A stretch of 64,000 bases of DNA from Gammaproteobacteria bacterium (GCA_009845905.1 VXYS01000004.1:460548-524547); one strand, 5' to 3'; counted from the first letter of the stretch, positions 9,342 through 19,946 are shown. Numbers and translations are program-made. Notes: generated by a model not told the origin, from the letters alone.

Positions 9342-11798
9342 ATGAACACGCACCGTTCCACTCTAACGGTAGCTACGGTACTCGCGGGCCTATTTCTTGC
9401 AAGCGACTTCGCCCTGACCGTCGCCCAGGCGCAAATCGAAGAAATAGTCGTCACCACACGCAAGCGCGAAGAGCGGCTGTCCGAATTGCCGCTGTCCGTT
9501 TCCGCGCTCGGCTGGGAGGAACTCCAGAATCGCGGCGTGGAGCACCTTCTGGACCTGGCGCACCACGTGCCCGGACTTGATTTCGAAACCACCGGCAGCA
9601 TCGCCGGTTCACGCCCGATCATTCGCGGCCTGAACCAGCAGACGCGCGTTGGCGACGAAGTCAATGTCGCGACCTTCGTGGACGGCGTCTATACGCCCGG
9701 TTTTACCGGCTCGACGTCCATAGGGTTCGACGGCCTTGAGCGGGTCGAGGTGGCCAAGGGTCCGCAAAGTGCGCTGCAGGGCCGCAACAGTTTCGCCGGG
9801 TCGATCAACTACATCACACGGAGGCCCGGCGACGAGTTCGAGGCGGGCGTTCGGGCAACGGCGGGTACCGAAGGCAAGTGGGATGCATCGGCCTACCTCT
9901 CGCTGCCCCTGGCCGAGAATGGACTGGCGGTACGGGTCGACGCCGGCGTGTACAACAGCGGCGGAACCCATACCAACAGCATCAACGGCGACCGGTTGAA
10001 CGACCAGGAATCGGGATTCGTGCGCGTGAACGCCGTGTTCAATCCGAACGAATCGCTGGATGGGTTCTTCTCGCTCAGCTACCGGGAAGACAAGATTTCC
10101 CCCAGTCCGCGGGCCTTTGTCGCCGACGACGATCCGCGCCTGATCGGGAAACCGGCCTCCGTCAGCCCCTTCGAGCGCGGCGAGTCCACCGCGGCCGGCA
10201 TCTGCCGGGACGGCCTGGGGGGCGAGATCGACTGCGGTATTCCCCGCTTGTTTGACGGTGAAGTCACGTCCACGGGCGGAGAGCTTTTCGCCGATCCCAT
10301 GGGCGTGGCCGGGGACCGGAACTCGCTGCGCGCGGTCCTGGAACTGACCTGGGACCTCGACGCCGTTTCGGTCACCTCGCTCACCGGTCTGCAGGACCGC
10401 AAGGCCTTTACCTTCTCCGATGCCGATACGAGCCCGGAAGGCACGTCGTTCTCGGGCATCGTCGGGCGCAGGACCCAGGCCTTGTCCGGCGGACCCGTGC
10501 TCGCGCAGTCGCTCACGGGATCGGATGAGGACCGCCGGGAATTCAGCCAGGACCTGCGGATGCAATCGAACGGCGACAACACCCTGGACTGGCTGGTCGG
10601 CGTCTACTTCAGCAGCGAGGACTTCGACGACAACCGCAAGCGCTGCTCGGACCCGCCCGTGAGGTCAAGAAGCACGGTCTATACGCAGGGCTGCCCGCCC
10701 GTGCTCGACGAGGAGGTCAATCGCAAGAACACGTTCCGGTCGGTGTACGGCGCCGTTGATTTCGACGCCTCGGAGCAGATGAATCTCGCTCTCGAACTGC
10801 GCTACACGTCGGAAAAGAAAGAATTCGACGAGATGCAGAACGTCTTCCCGATGAGGTCCCCAACCAGTGCAAGCTTTGTACCGCCGCAGGGCCGGTTCGA
10901 GGACACTTTCAGCTTCCTGACGCCGCGCGGCGTGGTTTCCTACCGGCCCAACGAGGACACCCTGCTCTACGCGGTGGCCGCCCGGGGCGCGAAATCCGGC
11001 GGCTTCAATTCCGGTTCGATCTGCGTGGGTTCCAACGACCCCGGCCCGGACTGTTCGGTATCTGAACGCAGCTTCGAGATCGAGACCAACTGGACCTACG
11101 AAGCCGGCGCCAAGGTCAACCTGTTCGGCACGGCGCAAGTGAATGCGTCCGTCTTCTTCACGGACTGGAAGGACCAGCAGTTGATCGCGGGCACGGAACT
11201 GGCGACGAGCAGCAGCCCGATCGTGCGCAATATCGAAGGCTCCGAGGTGCAGGGCATCGAGCTGGAGGCCTACGTCGCGCTGACCGAGGCCATCAGCCTG
11301 AACCTTGGATACGCCTTTACCGATACCGAGTACGGCCACGCCTACTCCACCGCGACGGACGATCTCGAAGGAGTTTGCGACATCCTGGATTGCGCCGTCA
11401 TGGCCGACGATATGGGCGAAGGCCCGATCACCACCGGTGAAATCACCGGCAATCAGTTCTCCAGCGTCAGCAGGCACTCCGGCAATGTCGGAATCGCGTT
11501 CGTCAGCCGGTTCATGAACGGCGGCTACGACTTTTTCGGCCGCGCCGACGCCGTGTTTCGCGGCAAGCGCTATATCGACGATTCCAATACCGGGTACATC
11601 GGCAGTCAGACGACCGTCAATGTGCGCTTCGGCCTGCAGAGGGAGAACCTGTCCGTGCAGGGCTTCTGCAGCAACGTGACGGATGACGACACGCCGATCC
11701 GGTCGTTCCTGCTGCGGAACTTCCTGGGCGTGCCGCATCGCGTCATACACGAGCGCGAGGGGCGCAAGTGCGGCGTGAGCCTCTCGTTCACCTATTAA
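9342..11798 (+). CDS. TonB-dependent receptor
   Basis: Signal peptide, then AQAQIEEIVVTTRKREE (TonB-box/plug start). Beta-barrel-type sequence ends in the terminal aromatic residues LSFTY. AGGAGG RBS lies upstream of ATG 9342. Confidence 0.92.
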   Translation: MNTHRSTLTVATVLAGLFLASDFALTVAQAQIEEIVVTTRKREERLSELPLSVSALGWEELQNRGVEHLLDLAHHVPGLDFETTGSIAGSRPIIRGLNQQTRVGDEVNVATFVDGVYTPGFTGSTSIGFDGLERVEVAKGPQSALQGRNSFAGSINYITRRPGDEFEAGVRATAGTEGKWDASAYLSLPLAENGLAVRVDAGVYNSGGTHTNSINGDRLNDQESGFVRVNAVFNPNESLDGFFSLSYREDKISPSPRAFVADDDPRLIGKPASVSPFERGESTAAGICRDGLGGEIDCGIPRLFDGEVTSTGGELFADPMGVAGDRNSLRAVLELTWDLDAVSVTSLTGLQDRKAFTFSDADTSPEGTSFSGIVGRRTQALSGGPVLAQSLTGSDEDRREFSQDLRMQSNGDNTLDWLVGVYFSSEDFDDNRKRCSDPPVRSRSTVYTQGCPPVLDEEVNRKNTFRSVYGAVDFDASEQMNLALELRYTSEKKEFDEMQNVFPMRSPTSASFVPPQGRFEDTFSFLTPRGVVSYRPNEDTLLYAVAARGAKSGGFNSGSICVGSNDPGPDCSVSERSFEIETNWTYEAGAKVNLFGTAQVNASVFFTDWKDQQLIAGTELATSSSPIVRNIEGSEVQGIELEAYVALTEAISLNLGYAFTDTEYGHAYSTATDDLEGVCDILDCAVMADDMGEGPITTGEITGNQFSSVSRHSGNVGIAFVSRFMNGGYDFFGRADAVFRGKRYIDDSNTGYIGSQTTVNVRFGLQRENLSVQGFCSNVTDDDTPIRSFLLRNFLGVPHRVIHEREGRKCGVSLSFTY

Positions 11799-11879
11799 TG
11801 CCGGCCTTCTTGAGGGCCTGCGCGAGGCGATCTCCGGGAAGCAGGTCGCCTGAATCGACGAGCTGCCGCCGTTGACGCA

Positions 11880-13094
11880 TCAATCGATCCGTTCCGCCTT
11901 CTCCAGCGACCGCAACATCGAGCTTTCCATCAGGAAATCCGTCATCAGGCGGCGGTCGCTGGTCACGCGTTGCAGTTCGTCCCATACCTCGGCTCTTTCT
12001 TTCCTGCCCTTAACCCTGTGGCGCCGGTAGTTCCGGTCCGACCTGACCTGTACGTCATCGAGGGCGATTGAGCGGCGCTGCCGCGAATACCGGTCCAGCA
12101 ACGATTCGTCGGCGCCCTCCAGGATGATCGCGGCCAGCTTGTCGCAAAGGCTGCGCGCGTCGTGAATGCCGCTGTTCATTCCCAGTCCGCCCGAGGGACT
12201 GTTGAGATGGGCGGCATCGCCGGCCAGCACCATGCGCCCCGTCCGGAAGCTGTCGGCAATCCGCCGGTGAATGGTGTAGGCGCCCGTGTGAACGATCTCG
12301 TACGGACCCTCCTTCGGGTGGATTTCCTGCAGCCTGGCCTGGATCCGTTCCGGCTGCAACGCTTCCTCATGCGACTGTCCGGGTTTTGGCGAGAATCCGA
12401 CCCGCCAGACGTCCTTCAGCTGCATCATGCTGAAGTGACTGTCTTCGGTCCAGCAGTAATTGACGGACAACAAACCCTCGATGTGTTGGTCGAAGGGATA
12501 GCGAACCGCGACCGTCAGCGACGTAATCGGGTAGGTCTCGCCCCTGAAGTCCAGGCCCATGGCCTTGCGGACCCGGCTGCCCGCACCGTCCGCGCCGATG
12601 ACAAAGCCGCCCCGGACCGTTCGCGTGCCCGCCGGGCCTTCCACCTCGATTTCGACGCCATTTTCGTTCTGCGTCGCATCGATCACGCGAGCCCCGAACT
12701 CGAGATCGAACAGACGGTTGTCCCCGAGCCGTGAACAGATCGCGCGCGTCAGCCGGAACTGTTCGCACTGCAGCCTGTAGGGATGAGAGGTCCGGCCCCG
12801 AAGGACTTCCATATCGAACACGGCGCATGCACCCGTTACGTGATTGCGATATTGCCACTGCCTGCACTGGAGGCCATTCGCGAGCAAGTCCGCGACGACG
12901 TCGGCATCTTCAAGCACATCCAGCGTGCCAGGATGAAAGGTCGAGGCGCGCATGTCTTCGGGCAGTTCGCTCTCGGCCTCGAATACCGACACCGGGATGC
13001 CGCTGCGGATCAGGAACAGGGCGCAACTCAGCCCGACGGGGCCGGCGCCTGCAATCAGGACTCGATCGTCGTCCGCCGGGCCAACTCTGTTCAC
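11880..13094 (-). CDS. FAD-dependent aromatic-ring monooxygenase (paralog of 7994..9193)
   Basis: VLIAGAGPVGL Rossmann motif and VLAGDAAHLNSPSGGLGMNSGIHDA motif. Confidence 0.88.
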   Translation of the reverse strand: MNRVGPADDDRVLIAGAGPVGLSCALFLIRSGIPVSVFEAESELPEDMRASTFHPGTLDVLEDADVVADLLANGLQCRQWQYRNHVTGACAVFDMEVLRGRTSHPYRLQCEQFRLTRAICSRLGDNRLFDLEFGARVIDATQNENGVEIEVEGPAGTRTVRGGFVIGADGAGSRVRKAMGLDFRGETYPITSLTVAVRYPFDQHIEGLLSVNYCWTEDSHFSMMQLKDVWRVGFSPKPGQSHEEALQPERIQARLQEIHPKEGPYEIVHTGAYTIHRRIADSFRTGRMVLAGDAAHLNSPSGGLGMNSGIHDARSLCDKLAAIILEGADESLLDRYSRQRRSIALDDVQVRSDRNYRRHRVKGRKERAEVWDELQRVTSDRRLMTDFLMESSMLRSLEKAERID

Positions 13095-13124
13095 GCTATG
13101 CGACGCCGCTGTGACGAGCCTCGA

Positions 13125-14588
13125 TTATTCGGACTCCCCTGGCACCGGGATGCTGTCCAGAAGGCCGTCCACGACCGCGCCAAAGGCGCTCCAGGGCGCC
13201 TCCCGGAAACTGTGGTTGCGCACGATGAAGGACGGCCCGGCGAAAAAGTTCTCGTATTGCTGCTGGCGCGAGCCGAACTCGCTGCCGTACATGTCCCAGG
13301 CCAGGCGGTACAGCTTGACGCGGTCCACCGCGGTTTCATCCCCGGCCGCCCAGTAGTCCCTGAAGATGTCCCGGGTCGCCGGGTTTTCCAGCACCGAGAT
13401 GTCGGCGGGCATCTGGAACACGCTGCCGCCGGACAACTCCCGCATCATCGCGATGATCTCGGGGTAGTGCTCCTGGCACCAGTTGAGCGCCGCATACATG
13501 TAGCGCCGGTTGAAATTCACGAATCCGTTGCCGAGGTCTTCGCAGTCCTGTATCTGGCCCTGGATCATCCCGCCGAGGGCCGCTTCCCACGCTGCGAGTC
13601 TCCCGAGTTTTTCCGCCACGACGGGAATCCTGTCGACCCCGGCGGATTGCGTGATCTTGTGGATGATTCCGGCGATGAAACGCAGTTTTGCATGAAAACG
13701 CACATTGGACTGGTGATTGCCGAGCGTATGCGAGGCGGTCTGGACGTAAATCTCCCGCGAGAGCGCCGCGCGGTCGTGAACGAAAACGCGCTCCCAGGGC
13801 ACCCGCAGGTTATCGAAGATCAGCATCACGTCGCTTTCGTCAAAATTCGACGCGAGCGGACTGTCGAACTCCGTGGCCGCATAGAGCTCCATGGGCTTGC
13901 GTACCCACAGGGTCAGCCCCGCGGTATTCATCGGCACGGCGCAGGTTATGGCTTCCTTTTTCTTGTCATCGGAAATCGGCGTCAGGTTGCCGATCCAGAC
14001 TTCATCGCAGAAGACGCCCGCCGTGGCCAGCATCTTCATTCCGTTCAGGATGACGCCGTTGTCATCCTCGTCGACGACCTGCAGCACGGCCTGGTATCCC
14101 CTGGTGTCGCCGAAGATGTTTTCGTTCTTGGACTGGGGGGCCGGATGCACGGCATACGAGGCGTACAGGTCGTTCTTTCTGAGGTGCTCGTAGTAGTCGG
14201 TGATATGGCCCGAACAGGAATCGCCGTCCCGGTCCAGTATTTCCGGGTTCATCGCAAGGCCCGTCACGAAGCTGGCGACGTGATCGGGACTTCGGCCGAA
14301 AAGACCGTATGTCCGTTCGGCGATCGCGTAGTGCGCCCGCGAGCGCCTGACGAGGTCTTCACGGGTTCGGGGCATGAGGAAATAGGACGAGAATTCCTCG
14401 CCCTCCTCCTCGAACGACATCGGCTCGCCGTTGGCGGGATCGGCCTTGTGGTCGAACAGCCTGGCCAGCGTTTGCGCAGCGCCCCTGAAGGCCGGGTGTT
14501 CGACAACGTCTTTCACCTCCTCGCCGCCGATGTAGACCTTGCGCCCATCCTTCAATCCAGCCAGGAATTTCTTGCCGGTACGCAGCAT
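13125..14588 (-). CDS. 4-hydroxyphenylacetate 3-monooxygenase oxygenase-component family protein (HpaB-like, two-component flavin monooxygenase)
   Basis: 487 aa. N-terminus MLRTGKKFLAGLKDGRKVYIGGEEVKDVVEHPAF and overall length are typical of the HpaB/4-HPA hydroxylase family. Confidence 0.85.
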   Translation of the reverse strand: MLRTGKKFLAGLKDGRKVYIGGEEVKDVVEHPAFRGAAQTLARLFDHKADPANGEPMSFEEEGEEFSSYFLMPRTREDLVRRSRAHYAIAERTYGLFGRSPDHVASFVTGLAMNPEILDRDGDSCSGHITDYYEHLRKNDLYASYAVHPAPQSKNENIFGDTRGYQAVLQVVDEDDNGVILNGMKMLATAGVFCDEVWIGNLTPISDDKKKEAITCAVPMNTAGLTLWVRKPMELYAATEFDSPLASNFDESDVMLIFDNLRVPWERVFVHDRAALSREIYVQTASHTLGNHQSNVRFHAKLRFIAGIIHKITQSAGVDRIPVVAEKLGRLAAWEAALGGMIQGQIQDCEDLGNGFVNFNRRYMYAALNWCQEHYPEIIAMMRELSGGSVFQMPADISVLENPATRDIFRDYWAAGDETAVDRVKLYRLAWDMYGSEFGSRQQQYENFFAGPSFIVRNHSFREAPWSAFGAVVDGLLDSIPVPGESE

Positions 14589-14683
14589 CTTTCCGATTCA
14601 GCGGCGAAAGCTAAAATGAACGGTCAAATCCACGCCCGACCGTCGAACCGAATGGTTGCCTGCCGGACAAACAGGGGACGAGC

Positions 14684-15832
14684 ATGTTGATGAACAACTG
14701 GTACGTGGCTGCCAAGAGCCATGAAGTGAATGCGGAAAAGCCATTGATCGTGCGTATGTTAGGCCAGAATTTCGTACTCTTCCGCACTCCCGAAAACCAG
14801 GCCGTCTGTCTGACCAACACCTGCTGCCATCGCGGCGGTTCGATAGGCCGGGGTGAACTGGACGGCGCCGGACGTATCGCCTGCGGCTACCACGGCTGGA
14901 AATTCAATGCGCAGGGCCAGTGCGTCGAGATTCCCGCCCTGGGGGAAGACACCAACATCCCCAGGCGCGCACGGGTGGACTCGTATCCCGTCGAAGAGCA
15001 TTTCGACTGGGTCTGGGTTTTCCTGGGCGACCTGGAAGAGGAAAAGCGCCCGGCGATCCCGACGACCGTTTTCCCCGAGTACCACGACAAGGAAAACTGG
15101 CGAGTGGTTTCGATCGAGTTTGACGCCGATGTGAACTGGGCCCGCGGGCACGAGAACTCGCTCGACAGCGCGCATCCCGCATTTGTGCATTCGCGTTTCG
15201 GGCGGCGCAGCGCGCCGAAAGTGCAGATCGTCCCGCTGGTCGAAAACGACTTCGGGGGCCATAACGCCACTCGCGAACGCGTCCCGCCCAAGCACACGCA
15301 GGTGAGCGAGGATATCGCCAGGCTGGTTTCCAGAAAACGGGGCAATACGGTGGCCTCCACCGACTCCTACCTGGCGGGTATTTCGCACCGTATCGACATC
15401 ACCCGCGAGGGCAATATCCGGCAGGTCACGGTCTCCGCGCGCACGCCCGTCGATTCGTACAACACGCGGATCTTCATGCACCAGGCGCGCAACTACCTGA
15501 TGGAAGAGGAGCACGACGAGGCCCGCCTCGACGGCATCCGGCTGGCCTTCCGCGAGGACTATGAGGCAGTCGCTTCGGTCGAGCCGAAATTCGTGCCGCG
15601 CTCCATGGCGCACCAGCTGCTGGTCGAGTCCGATCAGCTCGAAACGGCGTTCCGGAAGGTGCTGTTCGATAAAGTGAAGCAGGGCTGGGAAATCGACGTC
15701 GAGAAACTGGAGCACGAAGGGCGCTACCGGCACTTCTCGATTCCGTCGCCGGCCCGCCGGGCCGACCCGAAGAACTGGGTCCACCCGGTTGTGCCTACGA
15801 CTTTCCCCCGCCAGGATCAGGCCAGCGAATAA
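14684..15832 (+). CDS. Rieske [2Fe-2S] aromatic-ring-hydroxylating oxygenase, alpha-only (VanA/phthalate-family-like)
   Basis: Rieske motif CCHRGG...CGYHGWKF and mononuclear iron motif ENSLDSAHPAFVH. No beta subunit or reductase gene is adjacent. Confidence 0.88.
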   Translation: MLMNNWYVAAKSHEVNAEKPLIVRMLGQNFVLFRTPENQAVCLTNTCCHRGGSIGRGELDGAGRIACGYHGWKFNAQGQCVEIPALGEDTNIPRRARVDSYPVEEHFDWVWVFLGDLEEEKRPAIPTTVFPEYHDKENWRVVSIEFDADVNWARGHENSLDSAHPAFVHSRFGRRSAPKVQIVPLVENDFGGHNATRERVPPKHTQVSEDIARLVSRKRGNTVASTDSYLAGISHRIDITREGNIRQVTVSARTPVDSYNTRIFMHQARNYLMEEEHDEARLDGIRLAFREDYEAVASVEPKFVPRSMAHQLLVESDQLETAFRKVLFDKVKQGWEIDVEKLEHEGRYRHFSIPSPARRADPKNWVHPVVPTTFPRQDQASE

Positions 15833-15847
15833 GCCGGCAGCGAATCC

Positions 15848-16954
15848 TCAGTAGTCGTACCAGAAATTTTGCCAGGCCGCCCGCGGGTGCAGATAATCCG
15901 CGGCTTCGCGTGCGTTGTCCGGCTGATACCCGGTCCAGAGATTGGGCTGATAGCGCTCTTCATACTGGTCGAAGACGTGCCGGTACATGCTGATGTGAAA
16001 ATCGGGAATCCGATGGCGCTCGCGATAGGCCGCCATGTCGATCACGGCGCGGCGGCGGGTCTCGAAGGGGCCGGCCTGGGCAAGCACCTCGCCCTTCGGC
16101 CCGAATATCGAAGACCGCCCCACCCAATCGTTGCGCGGCGCGTTCTCGACGAAAAACTCTTTGTTCTCGTAGCCGATATTCAGTGAATTGTTCACGACCA
16201 CCGTGAAGACGTCGTGATGGTAGGAGCACATCTGCGTGTCCTCCCAGCGGAACCCGCCGGTGGCGGGCCGCACCAGGATTTCCGCGCCTTTCAGCGCCTG
16301 CGCCCGGAACAGTTCGGGTTCGTACTGGACCGGCGACATCGCGATGTTGCCGATGTCGGTCCGGGCTACGGGAATCACCGCGTCCCAGCCGTACATCTCG
16401 ACGAAACGGTCGAAAACGTCGTAGATGCAGGTCGTGATCTGCTCGCTGTGCCGGAACGTTCCGCGCTTGGCGCGCTGCTTCCAGTGCCTGGCCACGATAT
16501 TGCTATCCGGCCCCACCAGGATCTGCATGTTCATCACGTGGCCCGGCCAGTCCTCGTCCTTGATCAGGCAGCCGAAAGCGATGTAGCAGTCGTATTGCTT
16601 CGCCTTCAGCGCAATCTCCTCGATTTCCCTGCATTCCGTATAACGCGCCACCCTCAGGTACTGCTCGCGGTTCTTCCTGCCTCCTCCCTGAAGGGGGAAC
16701 TCGTGAAAACACACGAGGTCGGCCCGGCCCTTGCCCTGCGCCTTGTCGATCGCGTTGAGCGTGTAATCGAGGTTGTCCCGGATCAGCGGTTCCGGATCGT
16801 CCGGGTCAACCGGCCGAGTGCGCGTCTGCACGATATTGATGGACACCTTGTCGCGGCGCAGGTCAACGGTCGGATAGGTGCCGTCCTTGCGCACCATCGT
16901 AGGTACGGGAATGTCGTGTCGGGTTGTCATGGCGAAGCTCTCCGTTTGCGGCAT
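15848..16954 (-). CDS. carbon-nitrogen hydrolase (nitrilase/amidase superfamily) protein, atypical
   Basis: Amidase-like layout with LVCFHEFPLQG (Glu), RHWKQR (Lys) and TDIGNIAMSPVQYEPE...LKGAEILVRPA. An alternative start ATG 16930 has a better GGAGA RBS. Confidence 0.7.
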   Translation of the reverse strand: MPQTESFAMTTRHDIPVPTMVRKDGTYPTVDLRRDKVSINIVQTRTRPVDPDDPEPLIRDNLDYTLNAIDKAQGKGRADLVCFHEFPLQGGGRKNREQYLRVARYTECREIEEIALKAKQYDCYIAFGCLIKDEDWPGHVMNMQILVGPDSNIVARHWKQRAKRGTFRHSEQITTCIYDVFDRFVEMYGWDAVIPVARTDIGNIAMSPVQYEPELFRAQALKGAEILVRPATGGFRWEDTQMCSYHHDVFTVVVNNSLNIGYENKEFFVENAPRNDWVGRSSIFGPKGEVLAQAGPFETRRRAVIDMAAYRERHRIPDFHISMYRHVFDQYEERYQPNLWTGYQPDNAREAADYLHPRAAWQNFWYDY

Positions 16955-16994
16955 CCTAGCAGCCCGCGGCGGAACGAAGGAACTACCGGGGCGC

Positions 16995-18242
16995 TTATGT
17001 CGCCGGTCGGATGTTCGCCTTCTCCAGGACCCGCCTGCGGTAGAGCAGGCACAGCAGCACCGTGATCAGAACGACGCCCGAGCCCAGGATGATCGGCCAC
17101 GACAGACCGATCAGATCGGCCAGGATGCCGAAGAAAAACGTGCCCAGGGCCGGCCCGCCCCGGTTCAGCATGAACCAGGAGCTCATCACCCTTCCGCGGG
17201 TGTCCTCGTCAACCGCGTGCTGCACGAGCGATTGCGAAGACACGCTGAAGACCACGTTCATGAAACCGAGCGCGACCAGGAAGGCGCCCGCCACCCAGTA
17301 TTCGCGCACCAGCGCGAAGGCGGTAGCGGCCGCGGCAATGGCGAGGCTGCTCAGCAACACGACCTTCATGAGACCGCTTGAATGGCGCGTCCGCGCCATG
17401 GACAGGCCACCCGCAATGCTGCCCGCGGCGCTCATCGAGATCAGGATCGACAGGCCCGCCATCCCCTCGGCAAACACCATATCCACGTAAGCGGGCAGCA
17501 TGAACATGATCGGGCGGGCGAACAGGACCATCACGGCAGCAAGGACGACCGTCATCAGAATGGCCTTGTTGCGGCCGAGACAGGCCATCCCTTCGATCGC
17601 CTCGCCGAAGGCCCCGGTCCTCCGGTCCGGTGAACGCGGGGCTTTGCGCGCCAGCTCCGGCAGTCGAATCGCCGCAATGCAGGAAATAAAGACCACAAAG
17701 CTCAGCGCGTTCACCAGCATCGCCAGGCCGATCCCGCTGACCGCAACGACCACCCCGGAAAGGATGGGACCGAGCAATCGGGCCGTGTGCAGACTGATGT
17801 TGCCTATCGCGATGGCCGCTGTCTGCTGCGCCGACGGCACGAGCCGTGGGACCACGGCCAGCCGCGCCGGTTGTCCGAGCGACTGAAACGCCGCCTGCAG
17901 CGCCCGGATAATGCAGATGATGACAACGTTGAGATGTCCGGTGCTGTAGATGGCGAAAAGGGCAAGCGCGCAGAACAGGCCGCCCCCGTTGCTGAAAAGG
18001 ATGAGCCGGCGCCGATCCAGGCGGTCGGCCAGCACGCCCCCCAACGGACCGACCAGGAAAATCGGCACGAACTGGGACGCCGCCACGATACCCAGCCAGA
18101 CCGTGGAATTGGTGAGTTCCCAGATCAGCCAGGACACCGCCACCAGCTGAATCCAGTTTCCCGTCAGAGACAGCACGTTGCCCACCGAAAACAGGGCGAA
18201 GTTCCGGTTGCCGAACAGCTGCCTGACGGTCGAGATTTTCAT
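16995..18242 (-). CDS. MFS transporter
   Basis: 415 aa, about 12 predicted hydrophobic segments, and the motif GPLGGVLADRLDRRR between TM2 and TM3. Confidence 0.85.
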   Translation of the reverse strand: MKISTVRQLFGNRNFALFSVGNVLSLTGNWIQLVAVSWLIWELTNSTVWLGIVAASQFVPIFLVGPLGGVLADRLDRRRLILFSNGGGLFCALALFAIYSTGHLNVVIICIIRALQAAFQSLGQPARLAVVPRLVPSAQQTAAIAIGNISLHTARLLGPILSGVVVAVSGIGLAMLVNALSFVVFISCIAAIRLPELARKAPRSPDRRTGAFGEAIEGMACLGRNKAILMTVVLAAVMVLFARPIMFMLPAYVDMVFAEGMAGLSILISMSAAGSIAGGLSMARTRHSSGLMKVVLLSSLAIAAAATAFALVREYWVAGAFLVALGFMNVVFSVSSQSLVQHAVDEDTRGRVMSSWFMLNRGGPALGTFFFGILADLIGLSWPIILGSGVVLITVLLCLLYRRRVLEKANIRPAT

Positions 18243-18323
18243 CGCTTTCCAAGTCTATACGGCGTTCGCACGCGGGGCTCCGGCATGCGAAAATCGCGCC
18301 GGAACCCTCTGAGCACCCCTGAT

Positions 18324-19163
18324 ATGAACTCCTCGCCACTACGAATCGACGCCCACCAGCACTTCTGGAAAGTCGAGCGCAATGACTACGGCTGGCTGAC
18401 CCCGGCGCTCAAGCCCCTATACCGTGATTTCGGGCCCGACGACCTCGCCCCGCTTCTGCAAGCGGCGGGCGTCGACAGGACCATCCTGGTCCAGGCCGCG
18501 CCCACCGTCGCGGAAACGCGCTTCCTGCTGGAACTGGCCGGGCGGACCGACCTGGTAGCCGGCGTCGTGGGCTGGATCGACATGGAAAGCGCCGACGCGG
18601 CAACGGTGCTGACCGATCTCGCGCAAAACCCGAAGCTGGTCGGAATCCGGCCGATGATCCACAACATCGAGGACGAAGCGTGGATCACGCGCCCGGACCT
18701 AGCGGCGGCGACCGAGGCGGTGATCGATGCCGATCTGTGCTTCGACGCACTGGTCCGGCCCCAGCACCTGTCCTACCTGCTCGAATTCCTCAAGCGCCAT
18801 CCTGACCTCAAAACCGTCATCGACCATGGCGCCAAGCCGGTCATTACCGAGGGCCTTTGGCAGCCGTGGGCGGACCGGATGTCCGAAATTGCCGAGAGCA
18901 CCGATGCGTACTGCAAGCTCTCCGGCCTCCTGACCGAAGCGAGCCCGGATCAGGGCTACGACGACCTGCTCCCCTACATGGAGCACCTGCTCGCCACGTT
19001 CGGACCGGAACGCCTGATGTGGGGCAGCGACTGGCCGGTGCTTCTGCGCGCCGGCGCCTACCCCGGCTGGTTTGCGATTGCCGAGCGCTTTCTGAACAGC
19101 CTGGACGAAGCGGACCGGGCGCAGGTGCTGGGCGGCACCGCCGCCCGCTTCTACGGCGTCTGA
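18324..19163 (+). CDS. amidohydrolase-2 family protein, sugar-lactonase-like (L-fucono-1,5-lactonase type)
   Basis: The real start ATG 18324 gives [15 protein letters not shown], the metal-binding HxH of amidohydrolase_2 lactonases. C-terminus contains LMWGSDWPV. The upstream part of track ORF 17787.. is antisense to the MFS gene. Confidence 0.8.
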   Translation: MNSSPLRIDAHQHFWKVERNDYGWLTPALKPLYRDFGPDDLAPLLQAAGVDRTILVQAAPTVAETRFLLELAGRTDLVAGVVGWIDMESADAATVLTDLAQNPKLVGIRPMIHNIEDEAWITRPDLAAATEAVIDADLCFDALVRPQHLSYLLEFLKRHPDLKTVIDHGAKPVITEGLWQPWADRMSEIAESTDAYCKLSGLLTEASPDQGYDDLLPYMEHLLATFGPERLMWGSDWPVLLRAGAYPGWFAIAERFLNSLDEADRAQVLGGTAARFYGV

Positions 19164-19185
19164 AGCGGCCTTACATGTGCGGCCT

Positions 19186-19926
19186 ATGAGTAAGCGAAAG
19201 CGCGTACTGATTACCGGAGCTGCGTCGGGAATAGGCCTTGCCTGCGCGCGGAGATTCAAGCGGGAGGGATACGCTGTGCTGGGCATGGACCTCAATGCAA
19301 GTCCGGATCCATCGGTCTTCGACCGCTTCGAGCAGGCGGACGTAAGCAACGAGGAAGTGACGCAAAAGGCTGTGCAGGGCTTCGACGTCCCCTCAGGAGG
19401 GCTGGACGCGCTCGTTCACTGCGCCGGCATCGGTCAGTACGGCACCGTGACGGAACTGGATTCGCAAAGCTGGTCCAACGTCCTGCGGGTCAACCTGACT
19501 TCGGCCTTCCTTGTGGCTCGCGCAGTCATTCCTCACATGCAGAAACACGGGGGCGGGACGATAGTCACCATCGGCAGCGTGTATGGACGTCTGGCGCCCG
19601 AAAGAATGAGCGCCTATGCGGCGAGCAAGGCGGGAGTGGCGCAATTGACCCGGTGCATCGCCATCGATTACGCAAGCGACAACATTCGGGCGAATTGCGT
19701 TTGCCCGGGGCTGGTGACCACCCCGATGTCCTCGCATCTGAACGCGCCAGGCAAGGAAAAGCAGCTGGAGGCGTCGCTGAAGGCGCATCCGATGAAGCGC
19801 GCCGGGACTCCGGATGAAATTGCCGACACCGTTGCCTTCCTTTGCTCGGACGCGGCAAGCTACATCACGGGCCAGAACATTTACGTGGATGGCGGTTACA
19901 CGACCGGAAAGCAGTTGAACCCGTAG
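19186..19926 (+). CDS. SDR family oxidoreductase
   Basis: TGAASGIG cofactor motif and YAASKAG catalytic YxxxK. Start is ATG 19186 (or GTG 19177). Confidence 0.88.
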   Translation: MSKRKRVLITGAASGIGLACARRFKREGYAVLGMDLNASPDPSVFDRFEQADVSNEEVTQKAVQGFDVPSGGLDALVHCAGIGQYGTVTELDSQSWSNVLRVNLTSAFLVARAVIPHMQKHGGGTIVTIGSVYGRLAPERMSAYAASKAGVAQLTRCIAIDYASDNIRANCVCPGLVTTPMSSHLNAPGKEKQLEASLKAHPMKRAGTPDEIADTVAFLCSDAASYITGQNIYVDGGYTTGKQLNP

Positions 19927-19946
19927 AGCCGGCTTCCGGCCAGCTA

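Noticed and set aside
12783-14690. 635-aa ORF on the + strand
   Set aside because: Antisense to the FAD monooxygenase and HpaB-like genes, with low-complexity Arg/Gly/His-rich composition and no family motifs.
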